Assembly: GCA_965217865.1 (NCBI GenBank)
Contig: CBDCJO010000002.1
Location: 5,088,001 to 5,152,000 of the forward strand
Direction of reading: 5' to 3'
Source: Candidatus Latescibacterota bacterium
GTDB lineage: Bacteria; Latescibacterota; UBA2968; SICM01
Length of the DNA stretch: 64,000 bases
Position 1 is the stretch's first letter. Each line of letters opens with the position of its first letter. Positions 20,193 through 29,623 of the stretch are shown one piece after another. The position numbers and the translations under genes are program-made. Under the pieces are notes generated by a model, which was given only the letters and a program-made list of their open reading frames with translations, was not told where the DNA came from and did no database searches.

Positions 20193-21131
20193 ATGATAAA
20201 CCGTTCTGTCAGGGTCACGATCTATTCAAAAACCGATTGTGATCTGTGCGAAATCGCCAAAGAACGGGTTGAAAACGTCAGGCGTTCGCTGCCTTTCTGC
20301 CTGGAAGAGGTCGATGTCGGGGCTGACCCACGACTTCACGATCGCTACGGGGAACGTGTCCCTGTAGTGACCGTGAATGGAGAAGAGGTTTGCGTCTACC
20401 GCGTCAACGAGAAGCTGTTAACTCGAAAGGTGAAAGAGGCCGCTCGGAAAGGGACTGTGCGGAGAGGGGGGAGCTCGACAGACCGGGCTCCCGCAAGGTT
20501 GGCTCATAGGCTCCTGGGGACTTTTTTACATCCCAGCAGAACGTTTTCTTCGATACGGGTCCATTCTTCACGGTCCGACTGGGTGGTGCCGTGGTCCATC
20601 GGATCGGTGGTATCAGTAGGAGCCGTGTACGGAGTCGGCCCCATCATTTTGCGTGAGGCCCTTATCGATCGAGCGCCATCAAGCATGACAGGGATGACGG
20701 GGTTATTGATCGGTGTGACTCCGTTGATTAGCCTCAGCGTTTTGTTCCTTCTTTCCGGAATCTATTTCGGGGTGGCGAACTTCATGTTAAATGGCTTCGC
20801 CACATTCCACAAGGTTCTGGTGGTGCAGGCTTATAGCGGGATGATCAGGACACTGGGCGACTTGATCCTTTCATTTTTGGTCGTGATGAAACAACCCACG
20901 CACGTGGAGGTTGGTCCCGCGCTTCTTATGCCCCCTGGCACGGAACTCGATTCGAAGTTCCTGCTGGCATATGAGATCGATATTTTCACAATCTGGTACC
21001 TCACTGTTGTCTCTATCGGGATTGGCATCGTATCGGGGATTCCCTGGAAGAAAGTCGGGATTGTCTTATTCACCCTCTGGGTGCTGTTCGTTGCCGCCAA
21101 ATCGGTGATGAGAATTATCTTCGTCGGGTAA
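20193..21131 (+). CDS. Glutaredoxin-like (CxxC) domain fused to a Yip1-family membrane domain
   Basis: TIYSKTDCDLCE..YGERVPV at the N-terminus, then PSRTFSSI and several TM helices with DIFTIW. Confidence 0.75.
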   Translation: MINRSVRVTIYSKTDCDLCEIAKERVENVRRSLPFCLEEVDVGADPRLHDRYGERVPVVTVNGEEVCVYRVNEKLLTRKVKEAARKGTVRRGGSSTDRAPARLAHRLLGTFLHPSRTFSSIRVHSSRSDWVVPWSIGSVVSVGAVYGVGPIILREALIDRAPSSMTGMTGLLIGVTPLISLSVLFLLSGIYFGVANFMLNGFATFHKVLVVQAYSGMIRTLGDLILSFLVVMKQPTHVEVGPALLMPPGTELDSKFLLAYEIDIFTIWYLTVVSIGIGIVSGIPWKKVGIVLFTLWVLFVAAKSVMRIIFVG

Positions 21132-21176
21132 ACAGGACATCCGACTTTTTGATGAACCGCCTTTGAGAAGGAATTC

Positions 21177-21602
21177 ATGGATAAGCCCCTCAAGGAACTC
21201 GAAAAGGTCGCCATCTTCTTCCTTGCGATCGGCCCCGAAAGAGCCGAGGTTCTTCTTAAACGGCTGGGGACCGATGCCATGATGCAGATCGCAGCGACGA
21301 TGAAGCGGCTTAGCCCTGTCTCCTCGAGTGAGAAACAGGCTGTTTTACGTGAGATGCTGGATATTATGGTGGGCGGACAGGGGGGGCACCCACCTGGAAA
21401 TCAAAGGGATTTCCCGGAGCCGGGGGAGACAAAATCAATCGATCCAGAAGACCAGCTCTTGGGAAGGGTGTCCGACCTCTTCCAAAAGGATGTCGATGTG
21501 AGGAATCTGAACTGGGAAGAAGCCGGGTATGATTTCAGCTCTTCTTCGCCTGAGTCCTCCGAGGACGATGATGAAGATCTTTCCTCGCAAGATCGCAGAT
21601 GA
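21177..21602 (+). CDS. Stand-alone FliG N-terminal-like domain protein
   Basis: LEKVAIFFLAIGPERAEVLLKRL...V...EKQAVLRE resembles the FliG N-domain; acidic tail. Confidence 0.6.
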   Translation: MDKPLKELEKVAIFFLAIGPERAEVLLKRLGTDAMMQIAATMKRLSPVSSSEKQAVLREMLDIMVGGQGGHPPGNQRDFPEPGETKSIDPEDQLLGRVSDLFQKDVDVRNLNWEEAGYDFSSSSPESSEDDDEDLSSQDRR

Positions 21603-22948
21603 ACACCCCGGACCTGTTCAATTTGCCATCACACCGGACCCGGACGAATTCTCCCCTCGCGGACCGGATGCGGCCGAGAACCCTCGATGAGATCATCGGT
21701 CAGGAGGACCTGCTCGGGCCCGAAAAACCACTCAGGGTCATGATCGAAACCGACCAGGTACCGTCCATGATCTTGTGGGGCCCTCCGGGGAGTGGAAAGA
21801 CGACGCTCGCACGGGTGATTGCACGAATGACGGATTCCCGATTTGTCGCCTTTAGCGCCGTGACATCGGGGATCAAGGAGGTCCGGGAAGTCATTGCGCG
21901 TGCCAGCCAAGATCTACGATCGGATGGTCAAACCACCCTGTTCGTGGATGAAATCCACCGTTTCAATAAAGCCCAGCAGGATGCCTTCCTCCCCCACGTG
22001 GAGGACGGGACCGTGGTTCTGATCGGTGCCACGACGGAGAATCCATCTTTCGAAGTAAACGCTGCGCTGCTTTCTCGGACCCGCGTGTTCGTTTTGAAGG
22101 CTTTGACCGAGGCGGGCATTGAAATCCTGGTACGGCGGGTGCTGGAGGACCCGGAAAGAGGGTTCGGGGGAAGGGTGAGTCTTGGGAAGGATGTTCTCCG
22201 CCATCTTTCCCAAACCGCGGAGGGGGATGCCCGGAGGGCTTTGAACCATCTGGAGATGGCGATTGGTGCCACGAAGCCCGGTAAGGGAGAGGGGGTGGAG
22301 ATCACTCTTGAGACCCTGCAGGATGTGATGGGGCGGAAGGCCCTTCTCTATGACAAATCGGGGGAGGAACATTATAATCTGATTTCGGCCCTTCATAAAA
22401 GCCTGCGGGGGAGTGACCCCGACGCAGCCCTTTACTGGATGGCGAGGATGATTCAATCGGGGGAGGACCCCCTTTACCTTGGCCGGCGCATGGTGCGGTT
22501 TGCGTCGGAGGATATCGGAAATGCCGATCCCCGGGCTTTGTCGATTGCGTTGGCGGCAGTGGAAGCATACCGGTTTCTGGGGAGTCCGGAAGGCGAGCTT
22601 TCCCTGGCGCAGGCTGCGTGCTACCTGGCCACCGCGCCCAAGAGCAACTCCGTCTATATAGCCTATGGGTCCGCCGAGAACGATGTGGCCGCGCAACCGA
22701 ATCTTCCCGTTCCGCTCCACGTGCGAAATGCGCCAACCCGCCTTATGAAAGATCTGGGTTATGGCGCCGGTTATCGGTATGCTCACGACGATCCCGAAGG
22801 TTTTATTCCGCAGGACTACCTCCCCGAAGTTTTGAAGGGGCGCCGTTACTACAAACCAACGGATCGAGGATACGAGGAACGCATTCGAGATATGATGGCC
22901 CATTGGGAGCGTTTGAAGAATTTTTCCGTCCAAAAGGATAAGACCTGA
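21599..22948 (+). CDS. rarA: Replication-associated recombination protein A
   Basis: PLADRMRP, WGPPGSGKTTLA, FVDEIHRFNKAQQD, GATTENPSF, SALHKSLRGSD, SEDIGNADP. Confidence 0.96.
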   Translation: MNTPDLFNLPSHRTRTNSPLADRMRPRTLDEIIGQEDLLGPEKPLRVMIETDQVPSMILWGPPGSGKTTLARVIARMTDSRFVAFSAVTSGIKEVREVIARASQDLRSDGQTTLFVDEIHRFNKAQQDAFLPHVEDGTVVLIGATTENPSFEVNAALLSRTRVFVLKALTEAGIEILVRRVLEDPERGFGGRVSLGKDVLRHLSQTAEGDARRALNHLEMAIGATKPGKGEGVEITLETLQDVMGRKALLYDKSGEEHYNLISALHKSLRGSDPDAALYWMARMIQSGEDPLYLGRRMVRFASEDIGNADPRALSIALAAVEAYRFLGSPEGELSLAQAACYLATAPKSNSVYIAYGSAENDVAAQPNLPVPLHVRNAPTRLMKDLGYGAGYRYAHDDPEGFIPQDYLPEVLKGRRYYKPTDRGYEERIRDMMAHWERLKNFSVQKDKT

Positions 22949-22951
22949 CCG

Positions 22952-23842
22952 GTGAGGGTATCCCCCTACTTTGTCCTTTCCCTAGGGGTCCTCGCCGCCT
23001 CGTCCGCCGCAACGATCATCCGTCTTTGCGATGCGCCGTGGCTGGTGATTGCCGCGTACCGGCTGCTGTTTGCGACCGGGATCCTTTTGCCGTTCACCCT
23101 GGTCCGGGCAAAGGCCGAGATTCGACACTGGCGCCTCCGTGACGGGCTTGCTATAACGGCTTCGGGTATTTGTCTCGCCCTCCATTTTGCCCTCTGGATC
23201 AGTTCCCTGAAGTACACGTCGGTGGCGAGTTCGGTCCTGCTCGTTTCTACAACACCCCTTTTCGTCGGGTTGGGCGCGTGGATCTTTTTGCGGGAACCGG
23301 TCACGCTCTGGACCGCCGGCGGGATCGCGGTAGCATTCTTCGGATCCGCGATCATTGCCGTTAGTGATCTTTACACCGGAAGCACCTCCCTCCACGGCGA
23401 TCTTCTCGCCTTAGGCGGGGCGTTGGCGATGGCCTGCCATCTTCTGATCGGTCGCAGGCTAAGACAGCGGATTTCAAATCTTCCGTACGTAACTTTCGTC
23501 AATGGGATTGCCGCTCTTGTTTTGATCGCGGGATCCCTTGTGGCTGATGCGGCCTTGGGGGGATATTCCCCCCGGACCTATATTCTCCTGCTATTGCTTG
23601 CCCTGTTTCCCCAAATCGTGGGGCACAGTTCATTTAATTGGGCCCTTCGAAGAATTTCGCCTTCCTTTATCTCCATCGTCCTGCTTGGAGAACCGATATT
23701 AGCTTCTCTGGCGGCCTATCTCGTCCTTGCCGAAGTCCCTCCCGCGTGGGCCTGGGTGGGCGGTCCTGTCGTGTTGGCGGGCATCGTGCTGGCGGCTCAC
23801 GGAGAGGACGGACGGCGGATGTCGGATGACGAAAACAATTAA
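22952..23842 (+). CDS. DMT/EamA family transporter
   Basis: About ten TM helices; WISSLKYTSVASS, GHSSFNWAL, LGEP. Confidence 0.9.
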   Translation: MRVSPYFVLSLGVLAASSAATIIRLCDAPWLVIAAYRLLFATGILLPFTLVRAKAEIRHWRLRDGLAITASGICLALHFALWISSLKYTSVASSVLLVSTTPLFVGLGAWIFLREPVTLWTAGGIAVAFFGSAIIAVSDLYTGSTSLHGDLLALGGALAMACHLLIGRRLRQRISNLPYVTFVNGIAALVLIAGSLVADAALGGYSPRTYILLLLLALFPQIVGHSSFNWALRRISPSFISIVLLGEPILASLAAYLVLAEVPPAWAWVGGPVVLAGIVLAAHGEDGRRMSDDENN

Positions 23843-23873
23843 TATTCACCTGAAAAATGAGTAGAATTATCAG

Positions 23874-23902
23874 TTGACAATCCAATTATTTTATGTTAAA
23901 AT
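23874..23902 (+). promoter_or_regulatory. Sigma70-type promoter with extended -10
   Basis: TTGACA-N17-TAAAAT preceded by TG. Confidence 0.65.
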
Positions 23903-23997
23903 GGTCCCCTTGTTTCCCGGGTTTCGTCAAGGATGGAGAAAAACGTTGTCCACTCCCAGGTACGGCCTCGTCGTGATCTCGTGCGAATGATAATCTT

Positions 23998-24900
23998 GTG
24001 AAAGTCGTCACCTTTGAATATGAGGGCGCCCAAAAATTCGGGGCGTTGGACCAAAAGGGGATCGTCGATATGACATCCCTTTTTGGTTCATCCCTCCGTT
24101 TTTTGGAGCTCGGTCCTCTGGGTGTTGAAGCGGCGAAAGGCCTCGTGAAATTCGCGACGGAAAGAGGCGAAGGGATTTTCCGCCCGGAAGACGTTCGTCT
24201 GAATGCCCCGATCCCCCAACCGCGAAAGGTCCTGTGCCTGGCCGGCAACTACGCGGAACACATCCGAGAGGGGGGTGAGGAGGCCCCGGAAAAATTGACC
24301 TCAACCCCCCGGGTTTTTATGAAACCACCCTCCACTACAGTGATCGGACCAGAGGATGCGATCGTCCTTCCACGGAATTCGAATAATATCGATTGGGAAT
24401 GTGAAATCGCCGCGGTGATCGGTCGAAAAGCCCGCTTTGTGTCCGCAGAAGAGGGCCTGGACTATGTGGCCGGCTATACCGTGATGAACGATGTCTCCGA
24501 GCGGAAACTCAAATTCGATACGAATCGGGTGCCCCGGGAAGGGGACAAGTGGTTCGACTGGTTGAACGGGAAATGGTTCGACACATTCGCTCCTCAAGGC
24601 CCGTGCATTGCGCTTAAGGATGAGATTCCCGACCCTCAAGGGCTCGGCATCCGGCTTCGTGTGAACGGCGAGACAAAACAGGATGCAAATACCGGTCAGA
24701 TGATCTTCTCGATCGCAGAACTCGTGGCGTGGGCGTCTACGCTGATCACCCTGGAACCTGGAGACCTAATTTCCACCGGCACGCCTTCCGGGGTCGGGTC
24801 TGCCTCGGGGACCTTTCTGAAGCCGGGTGATCTGCTCGAATCGGAAGTCGAGGGGATCGGAACGCTCCGGAACAGGGTGGAAGCCGAAAAGGTGAATTGA
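23998..24900 (+). CDS. Fumarylacetoacetate hydrolase family protein
   Basis: NYAEH, FMKP, DWECE, NDVSER, GKWFDTFAP, PGDLISTGTPSGVG. Confidence 0.92.
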   Translation: MKVVTFEYEGAQKFGALDQKGIVDMTSLFGSSLRFLELGPLGVEAAKGLVKFATERGEGIFRPEDVRLNAPIPQPRKVLCLAGNYAEHIREGGEEAPEKLTSTPRVFMKPPSTTVIGPEDAIVLPRNSNNIDWECEIAAVIGRKARFVSAEEGLDYVAGYTVMNDVSERKLKFDTNRVPREGDKWFDWLNGKWFDTFAPQGPCIALKDEIPDPQGLGIRLRVNGETKQDANTGQMIFSIAELVAWASTLITLEPGDLISTGTPSGVGSASGTFLKPGDLLESEVEGIGTLRNRVEAEKVN

Positions 24901-24953
24901 CCTTCAGCAATCGAAACTCAAGCAGAGTAAGCCCTTTATTGAAAGGTTGAGAT

Positions 24954-25784
24954 TTGAACTGGTTCGACAAGATGAAAAAGGGGATCCGTACCAGGTTTTC
25001 CCGAAGCCTGGAGCAAGATCTCTGGATTCAGTGCCCTTCGTGTCAGCAGCCTCTCTACCGGCCACTCGTTGAGCGGAACCTGGATGTATGCCCGGAATGC
25101 GATCACCATTTCACATTGGGGGCGCGCCAGCGGTTGAAGCTATTGATCGACGATGGTACGTTTGAGGAGATGGACGCGGGAATGACTTCGAAAAATGCAC
25201 TCGGATTCCCGGAATACAGGCAAAAGATCGCAAGAGACCAGAAGAAGACAGGCAATGCATCGGCGATCGTCGGCGGGAAGGGAAAGTTGGGGGGGAGGGA
25301 AGTCATCATCGGGGTCACGGACGCCCGGTTTCTTATGGGGAGCATGGGTTCGGTTGTCGGGGAGAAGGTCAAGCGGCTGATTGCGCGGTCATTGAAAACG
25401 GGTTATCCTCTCATTCTCGTATCCGGGTCGGGGGGAGGGGCCAGAATGCACGAGGGCATCCTGTCGCTCATGCAGATGGTCAAAGTCTCGGCGATGTTGC
25501 GCCGATTGCATCAGGCGGGAGTCCCGTATCTCTCCGTCCTGACGAATCCCACGGGTGGGGGAGTGACTGCAAGTTTCGGTATGCTAGGCGACGTGAATCT
25601 ATCGGAACCCGGAGCTCGCATCATGTTTTCAGGAAGGCCTGCGATAGAGGGAATGCCCGGTCAGGTATTGCCGGATGATTTCCAGACCGCTGAATTCTGT
25701 CTGAATCACGGTCTGCTCGATATGATCGTTCACCGAAAAACAATGAAAAAAGAACTAGATGATCTGATCGGGTTGTTGAACTGA
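24954..25784 (+). CDS. accD: Acetyl-CoA carboxylase carboxyltransferase beta subunit
   Basis: LWIQCPSC..CPEC zinc finger, MGSMGSVVGEK, GGARMHEG, PTGGGVTASF, FQTAEF. Confidence 0.93.
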   Translation: MNWFDKMKKGIRTRFSRSLEQDLWIQCPSCQQPLYRPLVERNLDVCPECDHHFTLGARQRLKLLIDDGTFEEMDAGMTSKNALGFPEYRQKIARDQKKTGNASAIVGGKGKLGGREVIIGVTDARFLMGSMGSVVGEKVKRLIARSLKTGYPLILVSGSGGGARMHEGILSLMQMVKVSAMLRRLHQAGVPYLSVLTNPTGGGVTASFGMLGDVNLSEPGARIMFSGRPAIEGMPGQVLPDDFQTAEFCLNHGLLDMIVHRKTMKKELDDLIGLLN

Positions 25785-25869
25785 TCGAATCCTTATGGTT
25801 AACGGCGTCCGTTATCCGGTTCGAAAAACACCGATTTTTTTCCGTGTGATCTGAAAAGGCAAGAAAGGA

Positions 25870-26229
25870 GTGCAGATGGCGGCCAGAAGGCGGATGGATG
25901 CGAAACGGGTTGCTCAAATGAAGCGATATGTGGGCCAAAATTGTACCCGGAATATCCGGCTCAAAGATATCAGTGCGCGATTTAGAATCAGCCCAGGGCA
26001 TGTCTGCCGAATCTTCAAAGAACAACTCGAGTTGTCGTTTACAAAGTGTCTGAATGCCTATCGGATTAAAGAGGCCAAAAGGCTGCTTAAGCAGACGAAA
26101 TGGCCGGCCTATGTGGTCGCCAAAAAGGTCGGTTTTCGAAATCGGGACTACTTCTTCAAGGTCTTCAAACGGGTGGAAGGGAGCACCCCGGAAAATTACC
26201 GCCAGGGGACGCGTGGAAAAAGCTCCTAA
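25870..26229 (+). CDS. AraC-family HTH protein (DNA-binding domain only)
   Basis: RIFKEQLELSF..LNAYRIKEAKRLL, VGFRNRDYFFKVFKRVEGSTPENYR. Confidence 0.85.
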   Translation: MQMAARRRMDAKRVAQMKRYVGQNCTRNIRLKDISARFRISPGHVCRIFKEQLELSFTKCLNAYRIKEAKRLLKQTKWPAYVVAKKVGFRNRDYFFKVFKRVEGSTPENYRQGTRGKSS

Positions 26230-26572
26230 GTGTTCTGCCGGGCAGAATTATTGGGTTTATATAGCCATATATACTTTTATTAAACAATATATTAAGGCTA
26301 TTTTTCGGTCCACTATAAGAAAGGCATTGACATCTTAGGAAGGGTGGCCTTAATTTAAAATATGAGGTCGGTCAGACGGATATTCCCAGTGGAAAGTCCG
26401 CTGAAGGACCGGATATAAAAACATCCTGGTTGATTGAACAGAGGGCGGGCCCCGAATCCGGGACGCGCCGGTTGTTTTGGTGGGCTAGCGGAGGAGTATT
26501 CAGGCACCGCTGGCATTTTTATTTAGAAAATTATCATTTTTAGCCCTTGCATCACATCACGGGGAGGTGATT

Positions 26573-28024
26573 ATGATGCACACGAGTGCAGCAAAACGGG
26601 TTGGGGGTATAGACGGGGAAGGACTTGACTACGGAGGGGATCTCGCACGGATAGAAGCGGTTTGGGGGCAGAATGTGCCCCCATCCTATGGCCTCCAAGT
26701 TCCAGAATATCAACCCATTACCCTTCGAAATTATAAGAATATCCCTCAAATTCAAGTTCTCACCGAGGAAGAGCGGTTTGCCATCGAAGTGGTGGGTCAG
26801 GTCCTTCCATTTCGGACAAATAACTATGTGGTGGAGGAGTTGATCGACTGGAAGGACGGACCGAACGATCCATTTTTTAGGCTTACTTTTCCCCACAAGG
26901 AGATGCTCAAGCCAAGACACTTTGAAGAGATGTCCAGGTCCATCCGGAGGGGGGCAAGTCGGCAAGAAATCCGAGAAAAGGCCGATGAAATTCGATGGGA
27001 GCTGAACCCTCATCCGGCCGGACAAATGGAACACAATACGCCTTCGCTCGGGGATCAAAAGTTGACCGGAATGCAACATAAATACAGGGAGACGGTCCTC
27101 TTCTTTCCCACCCAGGGACAGACTTGCCATGCTTACTGCTCATTCTGTTTCCGATGGCCGCAGTTTGTCGGTATGGATGGTCTCAAATTCGCAATGCGTG
27201 AGGTTGAACTGTTGATTCGGTATGTCCGCCGGCATCCGGAGATCACGGATATTCTGATTACGGGGGGTGACCCTCTTATTATGAAGAGCCGACTCCTCGC
27301 ATCCTACATCGAACCTCTCCTCGCGGCGGAGATTCCGAACCTTCGAACCATCCGATTCGGGACAAAGACCCTCGGTTTCTGGCCCTATCGATATTTGACC
27401 GATCCTGACGCGAATGAGCTCTTAGGGCTTTTCCGGAAAATTGTCCAGGCCGGGAAGAACCTGGCGTTTATGTCTCACTTCAGCCACCCCCGGGAGTTAA
27501 TGACTGATGCCTCCCGGGAAGCGATCTTCCGTATTCAGGATACGGGTGCCCAGATCCGGACGCAATCGCCGATTCTGGGCAATATCAATGACCGGGCCGA
27601 ACTCTGGACCGAAATGTGGAAGGAGCAGGTAAATCTCGGTTGCATTCCATATTATATGTTCGTGGTTCGGGATACGGGGGCCCAACATTATTTCGGAATC
27701 CCATTGGAAAGGGCCTGGCGAATTTTCAGGAAGGCCTATCAGGGGGTGAGTGGACTGGGGAGGACGGTCCGTGGGCCGAGTATGTCTACCGATCCCGGAA
27801 AAGTCGAGATCCTGGGGGTCGATGAGATCGCAGGAGAAAAAGTTTTCGTGCTGCGTTTTTTGCAGGCTCGGGACCCCGATTGGACCATGCGCCCGTTTTT
27901 TGCCAAATATAATCCGACCGCCCTCTGGCTGAGCGATCTGGAGCCGGCCGTCGGCGATGGGGAATTTTTCTTCGAAAAGAACGGCGATCTACCTGAGCAC
28001 TGTTATTCTCAACTGAAAAACTAG
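26573..28024 (+). CDS. KamA-family radical SAM/PLP amino-acid 2,3-aminomutase-like protein
   Basis: HKYRETVLFFP, CHAYCSFCFR (CxxxCxxC), ITGGDPL, RFGTK, HFSHPREL, PYYMF, RGPSMS..PGK. Confidence 0.88.
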   Translation: MMHTSAAKRVGGIDGEGLDYGGDLARIEAVWGQNVPPSYGLQVPEYQPITLRNYKNIPQIQVLTEEERFAIEVVGQVLPFRTNNYVVEELIDWKDGPNDPFFRLTFPHKEMLKPRHFEEMSRSIRRGASRQEIREKADEIRWELNPHPAGQMEHNTPSLGDQKLTGMQHKYRETVLFFPTQGQTCHAYCSFCFRWPQFVGMDGLKFAMREVELLIRYVRRHPEITDILITGGDPLIMKSRLLASYIEPLLAAEIPNLRTIRFGTKTLGFWPYRYLTDPDANELLGLFRKIVQAGKNLAFMSHFSHPRELMTDASREAIFRIQDTGAQIRTQSPILGNINDRAELWTEMWKEQVNLGCIPYYMFVVRDTGAQHYFGIPLERAWRIFRKAYQGVSGLGRTVRGPSMSTDPGKVEILGVDEIAGEKVFVLRFLQARDPDWTMRPFFAKYNPTALWLSDLEPAVGDGEFFFEKNGDLPEHCYSQLKN

Positions 28025-28303
28025 TAGGCCAATCGTGAGAACTGGTTTATAATGTGGGACACAGAGCGGTCTGTGTCCCTTTTTTTCAGCAATTTAGAGA
28101 CTTATAACAAAAATTCTTCGCGCACAAAGTCCAGATCGGACTTCTGTTTCCTTCGACCTTCGACTACACAGGCTGTCGCGCTGCTTCGCTCAGGATGTAA
28201 CTTCGAGAAGTCTGGTGGCTTCATTGAGCTTGGTTGGAACGATCAAAAGACCTAAGAATACAGTTAGACTTCCGCATAAATCCAGCAGATTGATGATTCC
28301 CCA

Positions 28304-29614
28304 TTGGTGGAGGAGATGAAATCCAATAACGAATTCGCGCCAGAGATCAATCTAAATTTGAATGTCCGAGGGCTTGCCCAGTCGGCAACGCTCGCGGTCA
28401 ACGAACGCAGCGCAATACTACAACATCAAGGCCGCCGAATCTTTAAACTGGGTTTGGGGCAGTCTCCCTTTCCCGTGCCGCAACCGGTCGTCGAAGCGCT
28501 AAGGCTGAATGCTTCTCAAAAAGATTATCTTCCTGTGAAAGGATTGCGGGAACTGAGGGGAGCGGTTGCGGATTATTTCAGGCGTTCCCAGGGACTTGAG
28601 TGCTCCCCCCAGGACGTGCTGATCGGTCCGGGATCCAAAGAGCTGATGTTTCTCTTGCAGCTGGTCTATTACGGAGACCTGGTCATCCCCACGCCCAGTT
28701 GGGTCACATACGCCCCTCAGGCCCACATCATCGGGCGCCACGTGAGTTGGCTGAAGACGTATATAGAGAACGAATGGCATATGACGCCGGATGAGTTGAA
28801 GCTGGTCTGCGAGAAGGATCCAAATCGCCCGCGGATCGTTGTCCTGAACTATCCTGCCAACCCGACCGGTAGGACGTACGATGTCGAGGAGCTGAAGGCC
28901 CTTGCGCAGGTCGCCCGGAAGTATCGGGTGGTACTGCTCTCGGACGAGATATACGGTGAGCTTCATCATGAAGGCCAGCACGTCTCCATCGCAAGGTTTT
29001 ATCCGGAAGGGACGATCGTGAGCAGCGGTTTGAGCAAGTGGTGCGGTGCGGGGGGGTGGCGACTCGGGACCTTTGTTTTTCCTCCTTCCCTCAGCTGGCT
29101 CCTCGATGCGATGGCGGCCGTCGCGAGTGAATCTTTTACGTCGACGTGTGCCCCCATCCAGTATGCCGCGGTCCGGGCTTTTCAGGGGGGCATCGAGATT
29201 GAAAATTATTTGTGGCAATCACGTCGCATCTTGAAGACCTTGGGGCATTATCTCACCTGGCGGCTGAGAGAGTGCGGAGCGCCCGTGCCGATAACCCAAG
29301 GCGCATTCTATCAGTTCCCCGACTTCAGCTGCTTCGCGGAAACGCTTCGTGCCAGGGGCATTACAACCAGCGAAGTTTTTTGCGAACGTCTCCTTGAAGA
29401 GACCGGCATAGCCGTCCTTCCGGGGAGTGTTTTCGGAAGGCCTTCAGAGGAGCTCACTGTTCGTATTTCGTACGTGGACTTCGACGGGTCCCGTGCCCTG
29501 GCCGCCGCGGAGCTGTGGCCATGGAACAGGGAACTGGACGATGAATTTCTGAAGGAATATTGCGGAAGTGTCCTCTCGGCGGTGGATCGGCTGCATGAGT
29601 GGCTCCACCAATAG
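28304..29614 (+). CDS. Class I/II PLP aminotransferase (aspartate aminotransferase-like)
   Basis: GLGQSPF, GPGSK, PSWVTY, NYPANPTG, SDEIY, SGLSKWCGAGGWRLG; start may be ATG 28316. Confidence 0.9.
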   Translation: MVEEMKSNNEFAPEINLNLNVRGLAQSATLAVNERSAILQHQGRRIFKLGLGQSPFPVPQPVVEALRLNASQKDYLPVKGLRELRGAVADYFRRSQGLECSPQDVLIGPGSKELMFLLQLVYYGDLVIPTPSWVTYAPQAHIIGRHVSWLKTYIENEWHMTPDELKLVCEKDPNRPRIVVLNYPANPTGRTYDVEELKALAQVARKYRVVLLSDEIYGELHHEGQHVSIARFYPEGTIVSSGLSKWCGAGGWRLGTFVFPPSLSWLLDAMAAVASESFTSTCAPIQYAAVRAFQGGIEIENYLWQSRRILKTLGHYLTWRLRECGAPVPITQGAFYQFPDFSCFAETLRARGITTSEVFCERLLEETGIAVLPGSVFGRPSEELTVRISYVDFDGSRALAAAELWPWNRELDDEFLKEYCGSVLSAVDRLHEWLHQ

Positions 29615-29623
29615 GTCGTCCGG

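Larger units (their letters stand above)
17801..20196 (+). pseudogene. Putative 52-aa gene split by the IS1595 cargo element (17801-17873 joined to 20111-20196)
   Basis: Removing 17874-20110 restores an open frame whose TGA overlaps the next ATG (ATGA at 20193-20196). Confidence 0.5.

Noticed and set aside
26380-26515. Canonical glycine riboswitch call
   Set aside because: P2, the GCAA after GAAGGA and the AAAAGGAC segment are missing; kept only as an unclassified structured leader
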